59,088 nt of DNA from an uncultured virus (IMG/VR IMGVR_UViG_3300044953_000297) (Duplodnaviria; Heunggongvirae; Uroviricota; Caudoviricetes). Below, piece after piece: positions 1 to 10,899 of the stretch (its first letter is position 1; each line of letters starts with the position of its first letter). The notes under the pieces are model-generated. The model did not search any database. It had not been told where the DNA came from and worked only from the letters and a program-made list of their open reading frames with translations. Made by a program: the position numbers and the translations under genes. The DNA is taken from IMG/VR virus record IMGVR_UViG_3300044953_000297; one strand, 5' to 3'.

Positions 1-2
1 TT

Positions 3-563
3 TTTGATATAAAAAGTGAAACGCCAATAATATTTGATTTAGGTGGACATAAGGGAGATTGGGTTCAGATAGCTTTAACTAAGTATCCGAAATCGATCAT
101 TTATGTATTTGAACCCATAAAACTATATTATGATTTAATTTGTGATCGATTTAAATCTATAAATAATGTTAAAGTTTTTAACTTTGCTATTTCGGACAAA
201 ACATATGAAACTGAGATTTCTATAGAAGGAGATCGATCATCTATTCATTTTGATTCAAAAACAATAGAGAAAGAGTGTATTAAAGTAAAGAATATCAGAG
301 AATTTTTATTTGAAGAACAAATATTTTTTGTGGATTTAATAAAAATTAACATAGAGGGTGAAGAGTATAATTTATTAGAATACTTGATGAACACCCCTGA
401 ATTATGCGTTTTTCAAAACTATGTAGTTCAGTTTCATAGAAACATTGAAAATCATATTTCTAGACGAAATTTTATATTAAACAACATTAAAAAATTCTAC
501 GATATAATATTTTCTGTAGATTTTGTTTGGGAAGGTTGGTCTATTAAAAAAATTAAAAAATAA
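3..563 (+). CDS. FkbM-family SAM-dependent methyltransferase (5' end outside window)
   Basis: Frame is open from the window edge: IFDLGGHKGDW..IYVFEP..DLIKINIEGEEY, the typical FkbM motifs. Same frame as track ORF 330..563. Confidence 0.85.
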   Translation, partial: FDIKSETPIIFDLGGHKGDWVQIALTKYPKSIIYVFEPIKLYYDLICDRFKSINNVKVFNFAISDKTYETEISIEGDRSSIHFDSKTIEKECIKVKNIREFLFEEQIFFVDLIKINIEGEEYNLLEYLMNTPELCVFQNYVVQFHRNIENHISRRNFILNNIKKFYDIIFSVDFVWEGWSIKKIKK

Positions 564-613
564 ATGCTAAGTCAACTAGAGAAAAATTAAAAAATGCAGC
601 AATAAATCAAGGA

Positions 614-1592
614 TTGGGAAAATATAAAATATATGAACGAGAAAATTATTGTGATACGGAAATTAAAAGTTTAGTAGAAAAGTATAAAAATTTGCCAAAA
701 TATACCGATATTTTTAATTCAACTATAACATATAAATCGGAACATATTTGGAGAAACTCTATAATAAGAAAAATGGATATTTCTTCGTGTAATTTATTTT
801 TCTATCTTTTAGAAGATAATATTCCCGATTGTAAGTATTGTAATATTAAATTATCAATTGATTCATATTCATATGGTGGGAAGGGTTTTTCATTTAAAGG
901 ATTTAAAAAATATTGTCTAATTTGTACAAATAATCAAAACTATAAAAGATATAAACATTCTAAAGAATCAGTTTTAAAATTTAAAATTTCAAAATTAAAA
1001 TGGACAAATTCAAAATCAGGAAAGTTATTTTATAAAAAACTCGGAAAACAAAATAGTATAGGTTTAAAAAAAATATTTTCAAACAGATCAGGGGCGTAAT
1101 CAAATTGAAAAAACATCATTAAAACAATCAAAAATTTTAAAAGAAAAAATATTAAAGGGAGAATTTCATCCAAATATAACAAACAGTTGGACAAATTGGA
1201 ATGCTATAATTACATTAGAAAATAAAATATATAAGTTTAGAAGTTCATGGGAAGCTTCATTTTTTGTTAGTAACACTCATTGTAAATATGAGTATATTAG
1301 GATACCATATATTGATAAACATGACAAAACTAAAACTTATATTGCGGATTTTTATGATGAAAAAAACAAAATTTTATATGAACTAAAACCTAGATCCGTA
1401 TTTAAAAAAGAAGTAGTAAAAATAAATCAAGTTATAGAATATTGCATAAAAAATGAAATAAAATTTATATGGTTGAATGAAAACAACATTCTAAATCATA
1501 TTGACAAAAAAGATTTCTCGGATGATAATCTAAATCAATACAATAAAATGTTAGAGGGTATTTATGGTAAAAATAAAAATAAAATCAATTAA
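614..1592 (+). CDS. Free-standing PD-(D/E)XK (TnsA-N-like) homing endonuclease, frameshifted at the A8 run near 1066-1073; start uncertain
   Basis: N-part has CKYC..YC motifs. After the frameshift it reads FRSSWEASFF..KYEYIRIPY..TYIADFYD..LYELKP, stop TAA at 1590-1592, overlapping the next gene. Confidence 0.7.
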
Positions 1593-1683
1593 AAAATTGG
1601 AAGAAAAAATGCATGTATATGATTTATCAGTGGATGGAAATCATAACTTTTTCATAGGAAACAAACCAACTTTAACATCAAAT
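1564..1683 (+). mobile_element. Split intein C-fragment (IntC), 40 aa
   Basis: MVKIKIKSIKKL..VYDLSVDGNHNFF..LTSN|C = blocks F and G with Cys+1. Own ATG with GAGGGT upstream and an in-frame TAG at 1552-1554. Confidence 0.85.
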
Positions 1684-2298
1684 TGTGATTTTTTAACGAC
1701 TGAAGCTCAGGCATCTCTTCGTAATTTGATGGAAACATATAGTCAAACTACGAGGTTTATTTTGACTTGTAATTATGTTGAGAAGATCATCAAGCCTCTT
1801 ATTAGTCGTTGTCAAGTGTTTGATATTGAACCGCCTACTCCAAAGAATGTAGCGATTCATATCAAGAATATCTTGGATAAAGAGAATATTAAGTACGAAT
1901 TGCCATCTCTTAAGAACGTATTGGATGATTTTTATCCAGATGTACGGAAGATTATCAACTTCGTACAACAGAATAGCACTAGTGGTACATTGAAGATTGT
2001 CAAAAATCAAAATGCAAGTTTTGATCTTAAAAACAAAATTATTGAACTTCTGAAGGGTTCAAAAACAAACTCAAGTGCGTTTAATGATATTCGACAACTT
2101 GTAAATGACGCGGGTGCAAAAGTATATGACGAACTGTATAGTGAATTGTATGTCAGAACAAAAGAATATGCTCCTAATAAAGAAACTTCAGTAATTATTG
2201 ATATAGCAGAACATACTTATCAAAGTAGCATGGTTGTGGATAAAGAAATTACGTTCATGGCTTGTATTGCTAAATTGATAAAAACAATCGGTAAATGA
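1564..2298 (+). CDS. Split-intein C-fragment fused to the C-terminal part of a clamp loader small subunit (T4 gp44/RFC-like)
   Basis: After residue 40: CDFLTTEAQASLRNLME..RFILTCNY..IIKPLISRC (post-Walker B, sensor 1, SRC motif). Walker A and the Walker B DE are missing. Confidence 0.9.
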   Translation: MVKIKIKSIKKLEEKMHVYDLSVDGNHNFFIGNKPTLTSNCDFLTTEAQASLRNLMETYSQTTRFILTCNYVEKIIKPLISRCQVFDIEPPTPKNVAIHIKNILDKENIKYELPSLKNVLDDFYPDVRKIINFVQQNSTSGTLKIVKNQNASFDLKNKIIELLKGSKTNSSAFNDIRQLVNDAGAKVYDELYSELYVRTKEYAPNKETSVIIDIAEHTYQSSMVVDKEITFMACIAKLIKTIGK

Positions 2299-3395
2299 TA
2301 AAGAAACTGGCAAGAATAGTTAATAGTAAACCAGTCATTCTTTCATCTGTCGAAATAAACGACATAGGTAATATTAAATATATTGGTCAAAGCGGCACTA
2401 GCGGTTATGCTAGTGCCGCTAAAGGATATTTAGCAGACTATGTATTACGTAATGTATCTGTTAGTTGGGTACCTTTAATATTTGACAATAGTAACAATGA
2501 CAAAAAGTATTATGTAGATGCTTTGGCTGAGAGCACGATAGGTATATCATACGATAGTTACGATACTTTAATATTACACAGTACGCCGGATATTTGGAAC
2601 GATTTACTGTTGACGCACAGAGATAGAACTAAAAATATAGTAGGATATTGTACTTGGGAAACAAACAAACTTCCTCCAAAGTGGATAAATTCTATTAATC
2701 TTGTATCGGAGGTGTGGGTACCATCTGTCTTTAATAAAGAATGTTTTATAAATTCAGGAGTAAAATCTGATATAAAAGTTGTACCTCATATATGGCATCC
2801 TCAAAAGTTAATAGACAAAGATAACATAACCATATATGATCATGTTAGAAATGTGGTATCAAAGAGTAAATATACATTTTATAGTATTGGAGAATTAAAT
2901 TTCAGAAAAGGTATAGAGGATTTGGTAAAAACATTTGATAAATTTAACGATGATTATCCAGATACTCAACTAATATTAAAAGTTCATTATAAAGAGTACT
3001 CTCAAGTTAATAAAAAATATTGTATAGATATTCTAAGTAAATTAACAAACAAACTAGGCAAATCAATTTATCTTATACTAGATAATATAAGTAATAAACA
3101 AATTTTAGCTTTACATAGTTTTGGTGATTGTTATGTTAGTCTAAACAAAGGTGAGGGATTTGGTTTAACTATATTTGACGCGTTTAATTATGGTAATAAA
3201 GTTATTACTACAGGTTATGGTGGTCAAGTAGATTATCTCGGTTTAGATTATGAGGGATTAGTAAAATATAAAATAGATAAAGTAAGTGGTATGGAGTCGT
3301 TTAGCACTAATTATTCTATAGATCAAGAATGGGCATATCCAAATCTAGATAGTGCTTATGAATTAATGAAAAAATGTTATGAAGCTAAATTTTAA
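2295..3395 (+). CDS. GT4-like (GT-B) glycosyltransferase
   Basis: SGYASAA, GYCTWETNKLP, RKGIEDL, KGEGFGLTIFDA..VITTGYGG motifs. Confidence 0.85.
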   Translation: MIKKLARIVNSKPVILSSVEINDIGNIKYIGQSGTSGYASAAKGYLADYVLRNVSVSWVPLIFDNSNNDKKYYVDALAESTIGISYDSYDTLILHSTPDIWNDLLLTHRDRTKNIVGYCTWETNKLPPKWINSINLVSEVWVPSVFNKECFINSGVKSDIKVVPHIWHPQKLIDKDNITIYDHVRNVVSKSKYTFYSIGELNFRKGIEDLVKTFDKFNDDYPDTQLILKVHYKEYSQVNKKYCIDILSKLTNKLGKSIYLILDNISNKQILALHSFGDCYVSLNKGEGFGLTIFDAFNYGNKVITTGYGGQVDYLGLDYEGLVKYKIDKVSGMESFSTNYSIDQEWAYPNLDSAYELMKKCYEAKF

Positions 3396-3741
3396 ACAGT
3401 TAGATAAAACCAAAAAACAAATACAATTTGTTGAAGGTATATACAACTTTGAGGAAAACAAAAATTCAAAGTGGATATGGACATCGGCAAAGTTTTCAGG
3501 CTATGCTAAAAATATAGAATACATCACATTAACAGTTGTTAGTGAAATGGAAAATGTTTTGACATGCGATGAAGAATCTGTGGATTTAAAACCCGCGTGT
3601 CTAAATATAGTTAAAATTAAAGTTAATGATGGTGGATTGTTTAGTCTAAAATTGAATAATTCATATTTTGCCGTTGGAGATAATCGTGAATTGGGTGTAA
3701 AGATAATTGGCATATCAGTTGACAATGATGTAATTTTTTAA
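3379..3741 (+). CDS. hypothetical protein (beta-rich accessory domain)
   Basis: ORF coupled to both neighbours; WIWTS..DNRELGV motif. Confidence 0.6.
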   Translation: MKLNFKQLDKTKKQIQFVEGIYNFEENKNSKWIWTSAKFSGYAKNIEYITLTVVSEMENVLTCDEESVDLKPACLNIVKIKVNDGGLFSLKLNNSYFAVGDNRELGVKIIGISVDNDVIF

Positions 3742-3745
3742 ATGT

Positions 3746-4669
3746 ATGAATAAAACTGATAAAATTTATATTGCGGGCCATAATGGACTAGTTGGATCTT
3801 CTATTGTGAGATTATTGAAAAAATTGGGATACAATAATCTATTAACCGCAGACTTTAGTGATCTTGATTTAAGGAATCAATTGCAAGTTAACAATTGGTT
3901 TGTTAAAAACAAACCTGATTATGTATTTCTTGCTGCTGCTAAAGTTGGAGGTATATCTTATAATAAAACATATCCAGCAGATTTTATATATGATAACTTA
4001 ATGATTCAAACCAATGTTATACATGCGAGTTATCTAAATAATGTAAAGAAGTTATTGTTTCTTGGTAGCAGTTGTATTTATCCAAAAGAAAATCCATTAC
4101 CTATCAATGAAAATAGATTATTAACCGGACCATTAGAACCAACTAATGAATCGTATGCATTGGCAAAAATAACAGGGTTGAAGATGACGCAATATTATAG
4201 GGACCAATATGGATGTAATTTTATATCTGTTATGCCTTGCAATTTATATGGTCCAAATGATTGTTTTGATGTGAATAAATGTCATGTCATACCCGCGTTA
4301 ATTACAAAGTTTCATAATGCCAAGATCAATAAATTGAATGATATTGTAATGTGGGGTACTGGTGCTGCAAAACGAGAATTTTTGTATGTAGACGATTTGG
4401 CAGAAGCTTTGTATTTTTTAATGAAAAACTATAATGACCGTAATCATATTAATGTCGGATCTGGATACGAAGTAGGAATGAAAGAATTGTTTACTATGAT
4501 ATCTGAATTGGTTGGATACACCGGTGAGTTAGTATTTGATACATCTAAACCAGACGGAACTATATCCAAGATGATTGATAATACCAAAATCAAAGATTTA
4601 GGGTGGTCGCCAAAAATTCAATTGAACGATGGATTGAGAGAAACTTACGATTGGTATATAAATAATTAA
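3746..4669 (+). CDS. fcl: GDP-L-fucose synthase (or ColC-type reductase)
   Basis: IYIAGHNGLVGS, FLAAAKVGGI, LGSSCIYP, LEPTNESYALAK, MPCNLYGPND, REFLYVDDLA. Confidence 0.93.
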   Translation: MNKTDKIYIAGHNGLVGSSIVRLLKKLGYNNLLTADFSDLDLRNQLQVNNWFVKNKPDYVFLAAAKVGGISYNKTYPADFIYDNLMIQTNVIHASYLNNVKKLLFLGSSCIYPKENPLPINENRLLTGPLEPTNESYALAKITGLKMTQYYRDQYGCNFISVMPCNLYGPNDCFDVNKCHVIPALITKFHNAKINKLNDIVMWGTGAAKREFLYVDDLAEALYFLMKNYNDRNHINVGSGYEVGMKELFTMISELVGYTGELVFDTSKPDGTISKMIDNTKIKDLGWSPKIQLNDGLRETYDWYINN

Positions 4670-4673
4670 ATTT

Positions 4674-5618
4674 ATGAAGTTTAAAACTGTCTTTATAGCA
4701 AGCAAAAGAATAAATTATTTTGAAATAACATTATTGTCTATTAAAGATCAAATAGATGAGTGTGAACTTTATATAGACGGAGACGAACATGATGTGGGGA
4801 TAATGCAAAACATTAATACTTTTAAAAAATATTTTCCAACTTCAATTATAAATAAAGTTTCTCATAAAAATCCAGATCTAACAATTAGTAAAATATTTAT
4901 CGATAATTTTAATAAAAATATTGAAAATTTGTTTTTGGTCGAGGACGATTTGTATTTTAGTCACAATTATGTAAAACAATCTAAGCAGTTATATGAATTT
5001 ATAAAAGATGACGATAGAATAGTGACATTCAGCTGTTTTAGTAGAGAAACATTAGGATGGTCACACGAAGAAATTGTTAAATATAAAAACTGTCTAGTAC
5101 CACAACACAATCACATAGGAACATTTATAAAATTTGATCTCTTTGAAAGATTGTACAAAAATTACATCGAAGAATATCATAATTTATTAGTAAGAGATAG
5201 AACTACACAATTAATTAAAAATTATTGCAGACGAGAGTTGCAAATTTACAACAATAGTTATCCTATTGACGCATTTTATTCGATGTTAATTCGACGAGAT
5301 GGCAAATATAGAGTATCAACTGTTTATAATAAATTGATCAATCGTGGAGAAATTGGTACCAATTGTAATCCAAAAGTTTATTTAGACGAAGGGTGGTATA
5401 AATGTAATTATATAGAAGATTTTATTAATAATTTTTCCTTTGAACCAGATAATCCAAATTGGCCAACGTGGTATTACTTTAAAGTTATAAGAAATCTTTT
5501 TGTGGGTAGAGATTGGATAGAAAAATTCGTTGGTGATCACGAAAATGCAACTGAAGAAGGTAAACTGGAAAAAATTGAGAGACTTAAGGTTGAGTACAAA
5601 GATTCATTTGATATGTGA
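4674..5618 (+). CDS. putative GT-A fold glycosyltransferase
   Basis: LYIDG, LFLVEDDLYFS motif; glycosylation cluster context. Confidence 0.6.
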   Translation: MKFKTVFIASKRINYFEITLLSIKDQIDECELYIDGDEHDVGIMQNINTFKKYFPTSIINKVSHKNPDLTISKIFIDNFNKNIENLFLVEDDLYFSHNYVKQSKQLYEFIKDDDRIVTFSCFSRETLGWSHEEIVKYKNCLVPQHNHIGTFIKFDLFERLYKNYIEEYHNLLVRDRTTQLIKNYCRRELQIYNNSYPIDAFYSMLIRRDGKYRVSTVYNKLINRGEIGTNCNPKVYLDEGWYKCNYIEDFINNFSFEPDNPNWPTWYYFKVIRNLFVGRDWIEKFVGDHENATEEGKLEKIERLKVEYKDSFDM

Positions 5619-6670
5619 AAGTTTTAGTTACCACAACTGCATTTAATTTATATCAGAGGCTGTCGCCATTTTACGACACACTTCGTAAAATATATGGGTA
5701 TGAAATTATATATCTTCCTATAGAAGAAGTTACATCGACTACACTCAACAATGTAGACATTTGTTTATATGATTATTTTGACATGTCACATAGTCGTGAT
5801 GCTCATAACTCAATGGTTATAGGTGCAAACTCAAAAAAAGAAATATTTTTTAATTTTAAAGGCAAGTTATATTTTTTTATAACCGACGATGGAAATGCAT
5901 CTTATATACAAGGGTTGGATGAAGAGATATTTGACAGATTAGATGGTTGGTTGTGTTTGATGAAAAGATCTGACACGGATGTATTTTATAATAAAAAATA
6001 CAATCATAAATATTGTTTGATGCCTAGATATGTGATTCGGGTTAATGAACCAAGACTGTCATATCTATCTAAACAAAATAATTTGTTTTTTTATGGAAGA
6101 ACTAGTGGCGCAAATTCTTTTAATGGTAAAAATAAAAGAGTGGAGAGTTTAAAAATAATTCAAAAAAATAAATGTTTATCCGAACATTTCTCAGGAGGCA
6201 CAATTGATGATACAATACTAGAATTAGGAAACAACCAGAATGAAGAGTATAATAAAACGATTCCATATGTGCATAAAGATCAATGGCTTACATTTGATGA
6301 ATTTTTAAAAAAAATAAATGAGAATAGATTGAGTCTTTGTATACCTGGAAATTCTAATCTTGGAATTCGAAATTATGCTACATTGGGTGTGGGATCTACA
6401 ATGATATCCACAAATTTATTGAAAGATCCAGTTGATTGGTTCTTTAGTGAAAAATTAAAAGATTGTTTTTATGAAATTAAAGACGACTTAAGTGATTTAG
6501 AATATATTTATGAATATGCTTTGACGCACGAAATTGAATCTGAAAAAATTGCTGATCGTGGATATCATATTTTTATGAAATATTTTCAACTTGAAATTGA
6601 CAATACATATAATTCCATAGTTTTAAATCACTTGAAAGAAGATCTTAAAAAAATTAATTTTCCTATATGA
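5615..6670 (+). CDS. putative glycosyltransferase-related protein
   Basis: LFFYGRTSG..LSLCIPGN..DDLSDL resembles the C-terminus of GT90/exostosin-like enzymes; context. Confidence 0.5.
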   Translation: MKVLVTTTAFNLYQRLSPFYDTLRKIYGYEIIYLPIEEVTSTTLNNVDICLYDYFDMSHSRDAHNSMVIGANSKKEIFFNFKGKLYFFITDDGNASYIQGLDEEIFDRLDGWLCLMKRSDTDVFYNKKYNHKYCLMPRYVIRVNEPRLSYLSKQNNLFFYGRTSGANSFNGKNKRVESLKIIQKNKCLSEHFSGGTIDDTILELGNNQNEEYNKTIPYVHKDQWLTFDEFLKKINENRLSLCIPGNSNLGIRNYATLGVGSTMISTNLLKDPVDWFFSEKLKDCFYEIKDDLSDLEYIYEYALTHEIESEKIADRGYHIFMKYFQLEIDNTYNSIVLNHLKEDLKKINFPI

Positions 6671-7347
6671 TCGATCAATTTGTAGATAAAATTTTTATTA
6701 TAAATTTAAATCATCGAATTGATAGATGGTCTCTTATTACTTCACAATTAGATCGGCTCAATATTAAAAATTATGAAAGATTTCCCGCATATATTTATAA
6801 GAATGATAACATTTCTAATTATATATGTGGAAATGTGGGGTGTATAATTTCACATTACTTGATAAATGAAGTATCAAGATCACACGGATATAAAAAAATT
6901 TTAATATTGGAAGATGATTGCGAGTTCTTAGAAGAAAATTATTATAATTACAATTTTAAAAAATCATTCATGTTTCTAGAAAATTGTGGGTACGATATGT
7001 TTTATTTAGGCGCTACATTTCATAAATATGATATCGAACCTATTAATGATTATGTTGATCAAATAAACCAATGTTGTGCAACGCATGCCATAATTACAGA
7101 TGTTAATATAATATATGACAGGTTTAAAACTAGATATGACAGTGTTGATGGAATAATAAATTATTCTGCCAAAAGTGATGTTGATACATCCATATTTACT
7201 ATCGATGGTACTTATGGATCATTTAATCTGAGGAGATTTGTAACAAACCCTATATTGGCTATTCAACGGCCATCTCACAGTGATATAACTGGTCATTTTG
7301 CTGCCACAAATCAATATAATATGTGGAAAGAAGCAAAAGTAATTTAA
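6667..7347 (+). CDS. GT25-family glycosyltransferase
   Basis: FIINLNHRIDRW, GCIISH, ILILEDD, MFYLG. Confidence 0.8.
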   Translation: MIDQFVDKIFIINLNHRIDRWSLITSQLDRLNIKNYERFPAYIYKNDNISNYICGNVGCIISHYLINEVSRSHGYKKILILEDDCEFLEENYYNYNFKKSFMFLENCGYDMFYLGATFHKYDIEPINDYVDQINQCCATHAIITDVNIIYDRFKTRYDSVDGIINYSAKSDVDTSIFTIDGTYGSFNLRRFVTNPILAIQRPSHSDITGHFAATNQYNMWKEAKVI

Positions 7348-7419
7348 TTTATATGACTTGGGACGATGTAAAATTAAAAGACATATCAGAATTAAATATC
7401 CGGAATTTGGAGATGTTAC

Positions 7420-8181
7420 TTAAATTTTAGCCCATCTATCTGGAAGTATGTCTTTACTATTAATTTGTTCAAACCACTTTGATGGACATATCACTTTATT
7501 ATTATTTTTATTCATCCAAGCTCCCCACCAACTGAATGTGCTATTTGATATGATATTATGATCACAAAATGACATCAGATACATGTCAATTAAATCGGAC
7601 TCATTTTCTACGAAGTAGAATTTATCACCGATAAACGATTGCTTACAGTAATCTATATCGTCGCTAAAAATTAAAAATTTACAATTTTTGAAATTAGTTA
7701 TAGCACTATAATAGTACTCTAAATTACATGGGGGATGTATATGTGATAAATTCATATAATTTCCCCGTCTAACATGAATAGATACCGTGTTGTTATGAAT
7801 AAACTCAGAATATTTGGTGTTAATATAAGATTTTATGTCGTCCGTTGGAGAAAATAAATCTAAAATTTCCTCTCTATACCGCATAAAATATTTTTCACAT
7901 TGAAAATATCCATTTAATTTTATATTAACGTCCAATGGAATTGATATTGGGGTGTATGTAAATGAAGGTTCATTATATAGATGAAAGTTTGATATATCGT
8001 TTATTAATTTAAATTTTCTAAATATGCTGCTTGTATAATTACTAGGGTGTGTATGTAAGTACCCTTTATGATCTAGATGTATACAAGGTGTTAGTTTTTT
8101 TTCAAGACCAACTGCATATGTTGTTGCTAGTCCAAACATCATATTTCCTAATCCGCCTAATAATTGACAAGTAATATCCAT
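7420..8181 (-). CDS. alpha-1,2-fucosyltransferase (GT11)
   Basis: GGLGNMMF, GYFQCEKYF, SIHVRRGNY, IISNSTFSWWGAW. Confidence 0.92.
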   Translation of the reverse strand: MDITCQLLGGLGNMMFGLATTYAVGLEKKLTPCIHLDHKGYLHTHPSNYTSSIFRKFKLINDISNFHLYNEPSFTYTPISIPLDVNIKLNGYFQCEKYFMRYREEILDLFSPTDDIKSYINTKYSEFIHNNTVSIHVRRGNYMNLSHIHPPCNLEYYYSAITNFKNCKFLIFSDDIDYCKQSFIGDKFYFVENESDLIDMYLMSFCDHNIISNSTFSWWGAWMNKNNNKVICPSKWFEQINSKDILPDRWAKI

Positions 8182-8204
8182 AATATAATTTAATAAACCT
8201 TAAA

Positions 8205-9131
8205 ATGCGTCAATATATATGTATGACAGTTGCAAATAAACCGATGATTTTCGATTTAAGACATTTAGATGTTGAAGTGTTTAAAAAGTTTGACGGTATA
8301 TGTAATTATTTTAATCCGTCACATTTTAACGGTAAAACTATATTTCGTCGTGAAAGTAAATTTGAAAATAAACTATTATTTAGTGACATAGTAGATGATC
8401 AAGATAATATCATATTACAACATCGTATAGACGAAAACTATTTATGGAGTTATGAAGATGCTAGATTTATTAATGAAAATGAAATAAGCGTATGTTGTTG
8501 TAAAAGAGATAAAAATCGCTTGGGTAAAATAATTAATGTAGAGTTTAAAAAATATAATTTAACTACAAAAGAATTCACACATTTTAAAACACAAAACTCA
8601 TATTTCGAAAAACACTGGCAGTTTTATAGTGATAAAATTATCTATCATGTTAATCCATACACAATATTAGATCTTAATGAAAATATTATTTATAAAAATC
8701 TGATTAATTGGCAACCGTGGATAGAGAAGTATGGTAATCCGGGGTTAAGTACAAATATATTTGAATTAAATAGTAAAAAATATCTATTGTTTCATAGTTA
8801 TATAGCATTAGAAAAATTATATTTTAAATATTATGTTGGTATAATGTCATTAGATAATGATTTGAAGCCTATTGGATATTCACAAGACGCATTGTTTGAA
8901 TCAAATAAATCATATAGCGATCCTACACTTCTTGAATCTTTGTGGCAATGGCGTAATACTGAACTAGCACCAGTTGTTAAATATGAAGTTATATTTCCAA
9001 TGAATGTAGTGGTGGATAATGAAAATATTAATATATATAGTGGATTAAATGATTGTAGTGCTGTAAATATAAAAATAGATAAACAAGTTTTTATAGATGA
9101 AATAAAAAATCAACCGTTTGTATTAGTATGA
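8205..9131 (+). CDS. putative beta-propeller glycosidase/phosphorylase-like protein
   Basis: FNPS, YEDARF, EKHW, VIFPM motifs resemble GH130/DUF377-like proteins. Confidence 0.5.
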   Translation: MRQYICMTVANKPMIFDLRHLDVEVFKKFDGICNYFNPSHFNGKTIFRRESKFENKLLFSDIVDDQDNIILQHRIDENYLWSYEDARFINENEISVCCCKRDKNRLGKIINVEFKKYNLTTKEFTHFKTQNSYFEKHWQFYSDKIIYHVNPYTILDLNENIIYKNLINWQPWIEKYGNPGLSTNIFELNSKKYLLFHSYIALEKLYFKYYVGIMSLDNDLKPIGYSQDALFESNKSYSDPTLLESLWQWRNTELAPVVKYEVIFPMNVVVDNENINIYSGLNDCSAVNIKIDKQVFIDEIKNQPFVLV

Positions 9132-9763
9132 ATAATTTTTTTAATAAGATATATATAATATCATCGTATGACACTAAAAATAGATTATCTGAATTAATTC
9201 CATTTTTAAAAAATGAAGGCATTGACGTAGAGATTGTTATAGCTCCTAAAAAAGAATATTTTATTCCGGATTTTTCTAAAACATGTAAGTCGAAAGGAGC
9301 ATTTAGTCATATTAGCGCAGCTGAGTCGATTTTCTTGAAAGAATCATTTTTAAAGTCTGATACTTTTTGTATCATGGAAGATGATATATTTTTTGCAGAT
9401 GATTATATTAACAAATTAAATTTATTTTTCTCGAAATTATCAGACGATTGGGAAATTTTAAATTTAGGATTTCATGAATATAATAATTTTAAATCTAAAA
9501 CATCAAATTTGTTTTATAAATTAAAAACCGAAGATCGAATATGTGGTGCGCATATCGTTGCATATAAAAATAAAACCGTTCCATTTTTAATAGATAAGTT
9601 GAACATATGTGAACATCCAATGGATTGGTTTTTGTGTGATCACATTTATCCAAATTTTAATACTTATTTGTGTTTAGATAATATATTTTATGGTTCTTCA
9701 TATAGAGAAAACGAAAACAATAAACATTTATATTATAAAAAATATGAATCGTCCTTGTTATGA
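9128..9763 (+). CDS. GT25-like glycosyltransferase
   Basis: FFNKIYII, IMEDDIFF, DWEILNLG, PMDW. Confidence 0.7.
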   Translation: MNNFFNKIYIISSYDTKNRLSELIPFLKNEGIDVEIVIAPKKEYFIPDFSKTCKSKGAFSHISAAESIFLKESFLKSDTFCIMEDDIFFADDYINKLNLFFSKLSDDWEILNLGFHEYNNFKSKTSNLFYKLKTEDRICGAHIVAYKNKTVPFLIDKLNICEHPMDWFLCDHIYPNFNTYLCLDNIFYGSSYRENENNKHLYYKKYESSLL

Positions 9764-10323
9764 AAAAATTAATAGTCGCGAGATATAATGAAAATTTAGA
9801 TTGGTTAAATAAAATTAATTTTGAATCCGTTATATATAATAAAGGTGATATTGATTCAAATTATATAAATTTACCAAATATAGGTCGTGAAGCTGATACT
9901 TATTTAAATTATATACTTTCTAATTATAATAATCTATCTGACATTACTGTTTTTACACAAGCTAATCCATTTGATCATTGTTATGATTTTGTTGAAAAAG
10001 TTAATACTACCACTGATTTTAATAATGTGGTTTGGTTAGGTACAAACTGGGGTCCTGTAACTAAAAATTTTGAAGGTGGGCCTGGTGAACGGCCGTTACC
10101 ATTATTAGATATATGTGAAGAATTATTTCAAATCAAATTTAGTAAAGATAAAACATTTATTTTTTCAGCAGGTGCTCAATATATGGTTCCTAAAAATTTT
10201 ATTTTAAAAAAATCGTTAAACTGGTGGAAAAACTGTTATATTGTTTTTAATAAGTATATTGAAACTTCGCCGTGGGCGTATGAAAGAATTTGGCCTTTAA
10301 TATGGAATTATGAAAATTTATAA
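9760..10323 (+). CDS. DUF3431-like protein
   Basis: LIVARYNENLDW, LPNIGREADTYL, VFTQANPFDH, GAQYMV, YERIW. Confidence 0.75.
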   Translation: MKKLIVARYNENLDWLNKINFESVIYNKGDIDSNYINLPNIGREADTYLNYILSNYNNLSDITVFTQANPFDHCYDFVEKVNTTTDFNNVVWLGTNWGPVTKNFEGGPGERPLPLLDICEELFQIKFSKDKTFIFSAGAQYMVPKNFILKKSLNWWKNCYIVFNKYIETSPWAYERIWPLIWNYENL

Positions 10324-10875
10324 AACAAGAATAGATCTTATAAAAGATTTGGTTAATGAATCGTCAATTTGTGTTGAATTGGGTGTTTTATACGGAGGAT
10401 TTGCACAGCATATTCACAATCAAAATCCTAAAAAATTGTATTTAGTTGATTTGTGAAATTGTTCAATGTTTTGTGGCGATGAGGATGGAAAAATTTACAA
10501 CTATATAATCATTTAAGTTGTTTAAATACAGTAAAAAATAAATTTGGCGATTCATATAATACGGAAATTATATAAAATGATTCTATTTCTTTTATGAAAT
10601 CGTGTGAAAATAATTATTTTGATTTCATTTATATTGATACTACGCATACCTACGAACAAACATTAAACGAATTGGAAATTTCTTTTTTAAAATGTAAAGT
10701 CGGTGGATATGTGCGTGGTCATGATTTAGATATAAATGTTGATAGATGCGTTAATCCGCCATATTCATTTCAAGTTGATAAAGCTGTATATGAATTTTGT
10801 ACAAAATATAGTCAAAAAATATATGCTATTTCTCTAGATGGATGCATTAGTTTTGCAATTAAAAAATGTGTATAA
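10310..10875 (+). pseudogene. Class I SAM methyltransferase (Methyltransf_24-like), disrupted
   Basis: MKIYKTR..VELGVLYGGF..LYLVDL then TGA at 10454, a frameshift near 10490 and TAA at 10573, then FDFIYIDTTHTYE..GGYVRGHD. Confidence 0.75.
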
Positions 10876-10899
10876 CTTCTTGATATTATATATAACTTA

